DNA of 64,000 nt, taken from contig OX597835.1 in the NCBI GenBank assembly GCA_951406725.2, positions 9,548,001 to 9,612,000 of the forward strand. Reading direction: 5' to 3'. The translations under genes were made by a program, and so were the position numbers. This document shows, one piece after another, positions 59,481-64,000 of this stretch (the first letter of the stretch is position 1; the number at the start of each line of letters is the position of its first letter). This DNA comes from Octopus vulgaris. Its lineage: Eukaryota. Under the pieces are notes generated by a model. The model was not told where the DNA came from. It was given only the letters and a program-made list of their open reading frames with translations, and searched no databases.

Positions 59481-60253
59481 ACAAGCTATCCCTCCCTTTA
59501 ACTTTCACTTTCATTTTCTTTCATGTTCATTAGTTATTCGATGTTTGTTTCGGGATCTTTGTATTTTACTGTTTTCGTTACATGCTTTTTGCCACAGTGC
59601 AACACTTGTTACAGACGTGGCGCTTTGTTTCATTGTTCTATGTTTTATCGTCATACATGTTCTGACGTTTTTAATCTGACTTTTCTTTTCAATCTCTTTT
59701 GTAAGACGCCATCTTGAAAAACCAACTCAACAATTATATGGACAACTAAACTCATAAGTCTGCAGGGAAACACCTGGTTCTTGCAACATAAAGTAAATGA
59801 GATGTACATTCAAAGTAGCATTGACTTTTACTTGTGAAGTTATAAAAAGAAAACTTCTTTCATAAAATACAATGCAATAAAATCCATTCCATTGAACGAA
59901 CTTGAAAACGACTGGACGCAGAAGATAATGTTAACAACATATTTTCATTTTCTCTCACAAAGGTCAATACATGCACAAAACAACTTGTTCCAAATGCGCT
60001 TACAGTGTGTTTGAGTATCACAAAGGGTGTTGTTTAAAAATTATGGCTTTGCAGAAAATTTATACATTCTATAGGGACATATGCTGAAATGTATACATTC
60101 TATAGGGACATATGCTAAAAGAAAAATGCAAATATGTGCTCCAATACGAAGAATAAATAAAGAATTATAAACACACACACATAAATGTATACATATCTGA
60201 GCGCAGCTTCATTTTGCTGAAGCGAATAAAAGAAATCTTCCGTCTTTCATTTA

Positions 60254-60289
<36 letters not shown>

Positions 60290-61394
60290 GTGAGTCGCGT
60301 AAAAGTCCATAAGTCCGGAAAAAGATTCGCATATACACACATACACACACAAACACATATACATATATTATGTAACTGCCCAACACCAGCTCAGGTGTTT
60401 CTAGCTCGTTAACACATGTTCAGAGGTGAAGCTGTTCTTTCAGAAATATTGCGCAATATTTTATATATAAACCGTTCTTATAAAAACATATTAGAAATGC
60501 AAAAAAAAAAAAAAAAAAAGAAATATGAAAATAAAAAGCCTCCTTTTGATAACGTATTTACCTAATTTAACACTCTAAAAGAAGACTATTATTGATTTTT
60601 ATATATTGGATGTTATAATAGAAATATCTTGCGAGAGAACAATAACAGACATCTATGTGGAGAGAATGAGCGAATGAGAGAGAGAGGGTGAGAAAGAGAA
60701 AATCACACAGAAGAGGAGAATACATGATTAATATCTTTATCTCTTGAGTAAATAGTTTAACCGTGAAATGAACCATATGAGATACCTTCTCATTGCTTAC
60801 TCTGAGTCATTCTCTCTTCCTTCTATTGTTTGCCGTCTAGATATTTCTGTTATTTCATACATTCTTATAAAAAAATCAATAAAAGCATTCATCCCTTATA
60901 TAGTAAATTAGGTAAATCTGTTAGTATTTCATATCACATCCAATATTATGCATTCATATTTTAACTTGCATTATTCACCTGTTGCTTTTTTTCTTCAGTG
61001 ACTTACATATATTCTATGAAACATTTTTGTAAAAGTTAGCTTGACCTTAGAATATGTGTTAAAAAACAACAACAACAACGCTATAAATGACAGACGTCGC
61101 CATCTGCAATAAATGTAAGACTTCCCATTCACCTCCTGTTCGCCGATTATTGCGGCGAGTATCTCATTGGGTTTAGGACTGACCACAAAACTAACACTGA
61201 CGCTAATCAGGAAACAACAAATCCTTGCATCATGCTCTCTGATTCTATCTTTGGCAGGTTTTATACTTCGGGTTTTCTGCCACCGCAAAGCAAAAAGCCC
61301 TCAGGGGTTTTCTACCCAGCACCACTAGAGTGAATAACGCATCCTCTTGTTCTCTGGGTACAGTTTTGGAATTGCCCTGCATTCTAGAAATATC

Positions 61395-61621
61395 TATTTC
61401 TTTATTACCCACAAGGGGCTAAACATAGAGGGGACAAACAAGGACAGACATAGGTATTAAGTCGATTACATCGACCCCAGTGCGTAACTGGTACTTAATT
61501 TATCGACCCCGAAAGGATGAAAGGCAAAGTCGACCTCGGCGGAATTTGAACTCACAACGTAACGCAGACGAAATACCGCTAAGCATTTCGCCCGGCGTGC
61601 TAACGTTTCTGCCAGCTCGCC
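61395..61621 (-). mobile_element. SINE family B with 9-bp TSD
   Basis: agaaatatc at 61386-61394 and 61622-61630. Confidence 0.92.
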
Positions 61622-61637
61622 AGAAATATCACAAATA

Positions 61638-62010
61638 GGCGCAGGAGTGGCTGCCTGGTAAGTAGCTTGCTTACTAACTACATGGTTCCGGGTTCAGTCC
61701 CACTGCGTGGCACCTTGGGCAAGTGTCTTCTACTAACCTCGGGCCGACCAAAGCCTTGTGAGTGAATTTGGTAGACGGGAACTGAAAGAAAACAACCCGT
61801 CACATATATATATGTGGGTGGGGTGGATGGATGTGTGTGTGTATGTGTTTGTTCCCCCCACCCCCCATATCACTTGACAACCGATGCTGGTGTGTTTAAG
61901 TCCCCGTAACTTAGCGGTTCGGCAAAGGAGACCGATAGCATAAATGCTAGGCTTACAAAGAATAAGTCTTGGGGTTGATTTGCTGAAACAAGTGCAAGAG
62001 TAAAAGAGTA
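61638..62010 (+). mobile_element. SINE family A, head-to-head with the family B copy
   Basis: Head ggcgcaggagtggctg; small deletion near the 3' end. Confidence 0.9.
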
Positions 62011-62139
62011 AATAGATGGTTGCTCGAAAAAGACACCCGCACGAGTAAATGTTGTTCCTTTTTAGCTCTGTTCTCACGGTCAACCAGTACAGTCGTTCAG
62101 GACTGATGACCAGCCAAGGGTCACATCACAGAAAAGACA

Positions 62140-62265
62140 GAAGAAGAAGAAGAAGAAGAAGAAGAAGAAGAAGAAGAAGAAGAAGAAGAAGAAGGAGGAA
62201 GAAAAGGAGGAGGAGAAGAAGAAGAAGAAGAAGAAGAATAACAACAACAACAACAACAACAACAA
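62140..62265. repeat. (GAA)n/(CAA)n microsatellite, followed by an old SINE B relic to about 62440
   Basis: Read directly; the relic retains atcgacccc...aaaggcgaagt...gctaagca. Confidence 0.85.
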
Positions 62266-62959
62266 CGGTTTCAAATTTAGGCCCGAGACAAGTCAGTTAA
62301 GGGAAGGAGTTAGCTTGATTCCGTTGAGTGCAAAGCTCAATCGGTTCTTATTTCATCGACCCCCGACAGGAGGAAAGGCGAAGTTCTCTGCGGCAGAATT
62401 TGAGCTCCGAAGGCAGGAACGGAAGGAATGGCGCTAAGCAAACTTACTATGCAAAAATTGCCGTGTTTTCCATGTATACCCTTACATCTACAATAGATAG
62501 GAGTGTCATCCATGTTGGGTATAATACTTGTATATTTAATATATGTGCGCTATTACGTAAGAGCTGTTCTATTATTCATTAAATCATATAACTATTAAGT
62601 TCTGGAGACATACTGATGCTTATTTGAGAGTTCACGTGAGAGGACATCTCTGAATTCGCACTGACTCACAGCTGGAATTTCTGAATAACAGACGTTATAA
62701 TTTATATTGTGTTCTAACAACCGGTTATTCGACACGCAATAGTAAATCAGAATTTTATACACACACATACATCCATACATACATGCATACATACACACAT
62801 ACTCAGACACATATATATATATATATACATACATATAAATATATACATATATGCATGCATACATTTATATTTATATAAATACTTACGTATACAGTATATA
62901 TATATGTATATACATATATATATATATATACATATACATACACACACACACACACACAC

Positions 62960-63009
<50 letters not shown>

Positions 63010-63739
63010 GACAATATATATATATATATATATATATACACACCTACACACACATGACAATAAGCAGTACTTACTGCTGGAAAAGGTTAATTAAAACTAT
63101 TTCATTGCATTCCTCTCAGCCAAACATCATCGACCACACGCCTTTGCTATTTACCTGCTCTGGTGATATCTTGGCGATGGAACCAGCAACCCTGCAATTT
63201 ACTGCTTGAAATATATTATAACGTGTCTGAAATAGCTTTCGTATGTTTCAGTATTTGGAGAAAGCTTACGACGACATTGCGACGTGCTTGTTATCTTCTT
63301 TCCAACCTTGTCTCATTGGTAATCTAAATAGCTTGAAATGGAATTGCGTATGTTCGGGATGTGCAGCATAGAGGGTCCTGTTATATTGCTTGTGTGTATG
63401 TTCAACGACGAAATGTCTGTGGATATTGGTACGTGCCTGTGTGGTGAGCATGGAACTCTCGCGGGGTGGGGAGGCGTTTGTGTAATTGAGTTTGCTACTC
63501 AAAGAATTGGCAGACTCTCTGCGAAATTACACTGGAATCTTAATAGTTAATTGAAGTTTGGAATTGAAATTGGGCCAATGAATACTATAGATAGACGCCG
63601 CCAATTATCATCGGCATCCGCATTTATAGAATTTGAAGAAGTCCTACAACTGTAATGCCGAGAATAATTGTAACACTGTTTCCTTTACCGAACAAATAAC
63701 GTAGTTCAGTACAATTCCAGAGTAACAGCACTGAGAAAT

Positions 63740-63933
<194 letters not shown>

Positions 63934-64000
63934 GCAGTACCAGGCAGTGGCTCTCATGGCTTCTGATCTTAACTGATTGGAAGTGTTATCATGTACATTG
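63934..64000 (-). mobile_element. Possible 3' end of a (TAA)n-associated LINE (Dong/R4-like), cut by the window edge
   Basis: Unique sequence abutting a long (TAA)n tract; Dong-type elements are known to target TAA repeats; no coding evidence in the window. Confidence 0.3.

Noticed and set aside
60061-60120. 31-bp tandem duplication (similar small ones at about 17335-17390 and 38953-39016)
   Set aside because: Ordinary local slippage with no spacers; not CRISPR-like.
60995-61288. 97-aa non-repetitive ORF with slightly higher GC
   Set aside because: No recognisable family or exon evidence; it cannot be told from a chance ORF without a search.

Overview
This window is AT-rich eukaryotic non-coding DNA saturated with microsatellites. 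The SINE families and microsatellite landscape look like an octopus genome (inference from recall, not from a search). I cannot support any host protein-coding exon; almost all listed ORFs are translations of (TA)n, (TG)n, (TATG)n, (GATA)n or (TAA)n tracts. Recognisable content: about 20 copies of three tRNA-derived SINE families (several with 9-16 bp TSDs), three short non-autonomous Helitrons, two mariner relics, a CR1-group LINE RT fragment and an internally deleted Penelope-like element (PLE) RT relic. The main signal is a set of unrelated short non-coding elements lying in or beside (TA)n and related tracts. They carry minimal type I hammerhead ribozyme (HHR) motifs with near-palindromic stem III, at about 430, 4926/8296, 5369, 34284/39839/40303, 39297/39346 and 45116. 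The set includes a U3-A8 compensatory core variant, recurrent U4C cores and a covarying stem II. Many of these elements form tandem or fold-back structures whose breakpoints fall at or next to the ribozyme, consistent with PLE pLTR or retrozyme-like elements. All folding and alignment was done by eye and ribozyme activity is untested.
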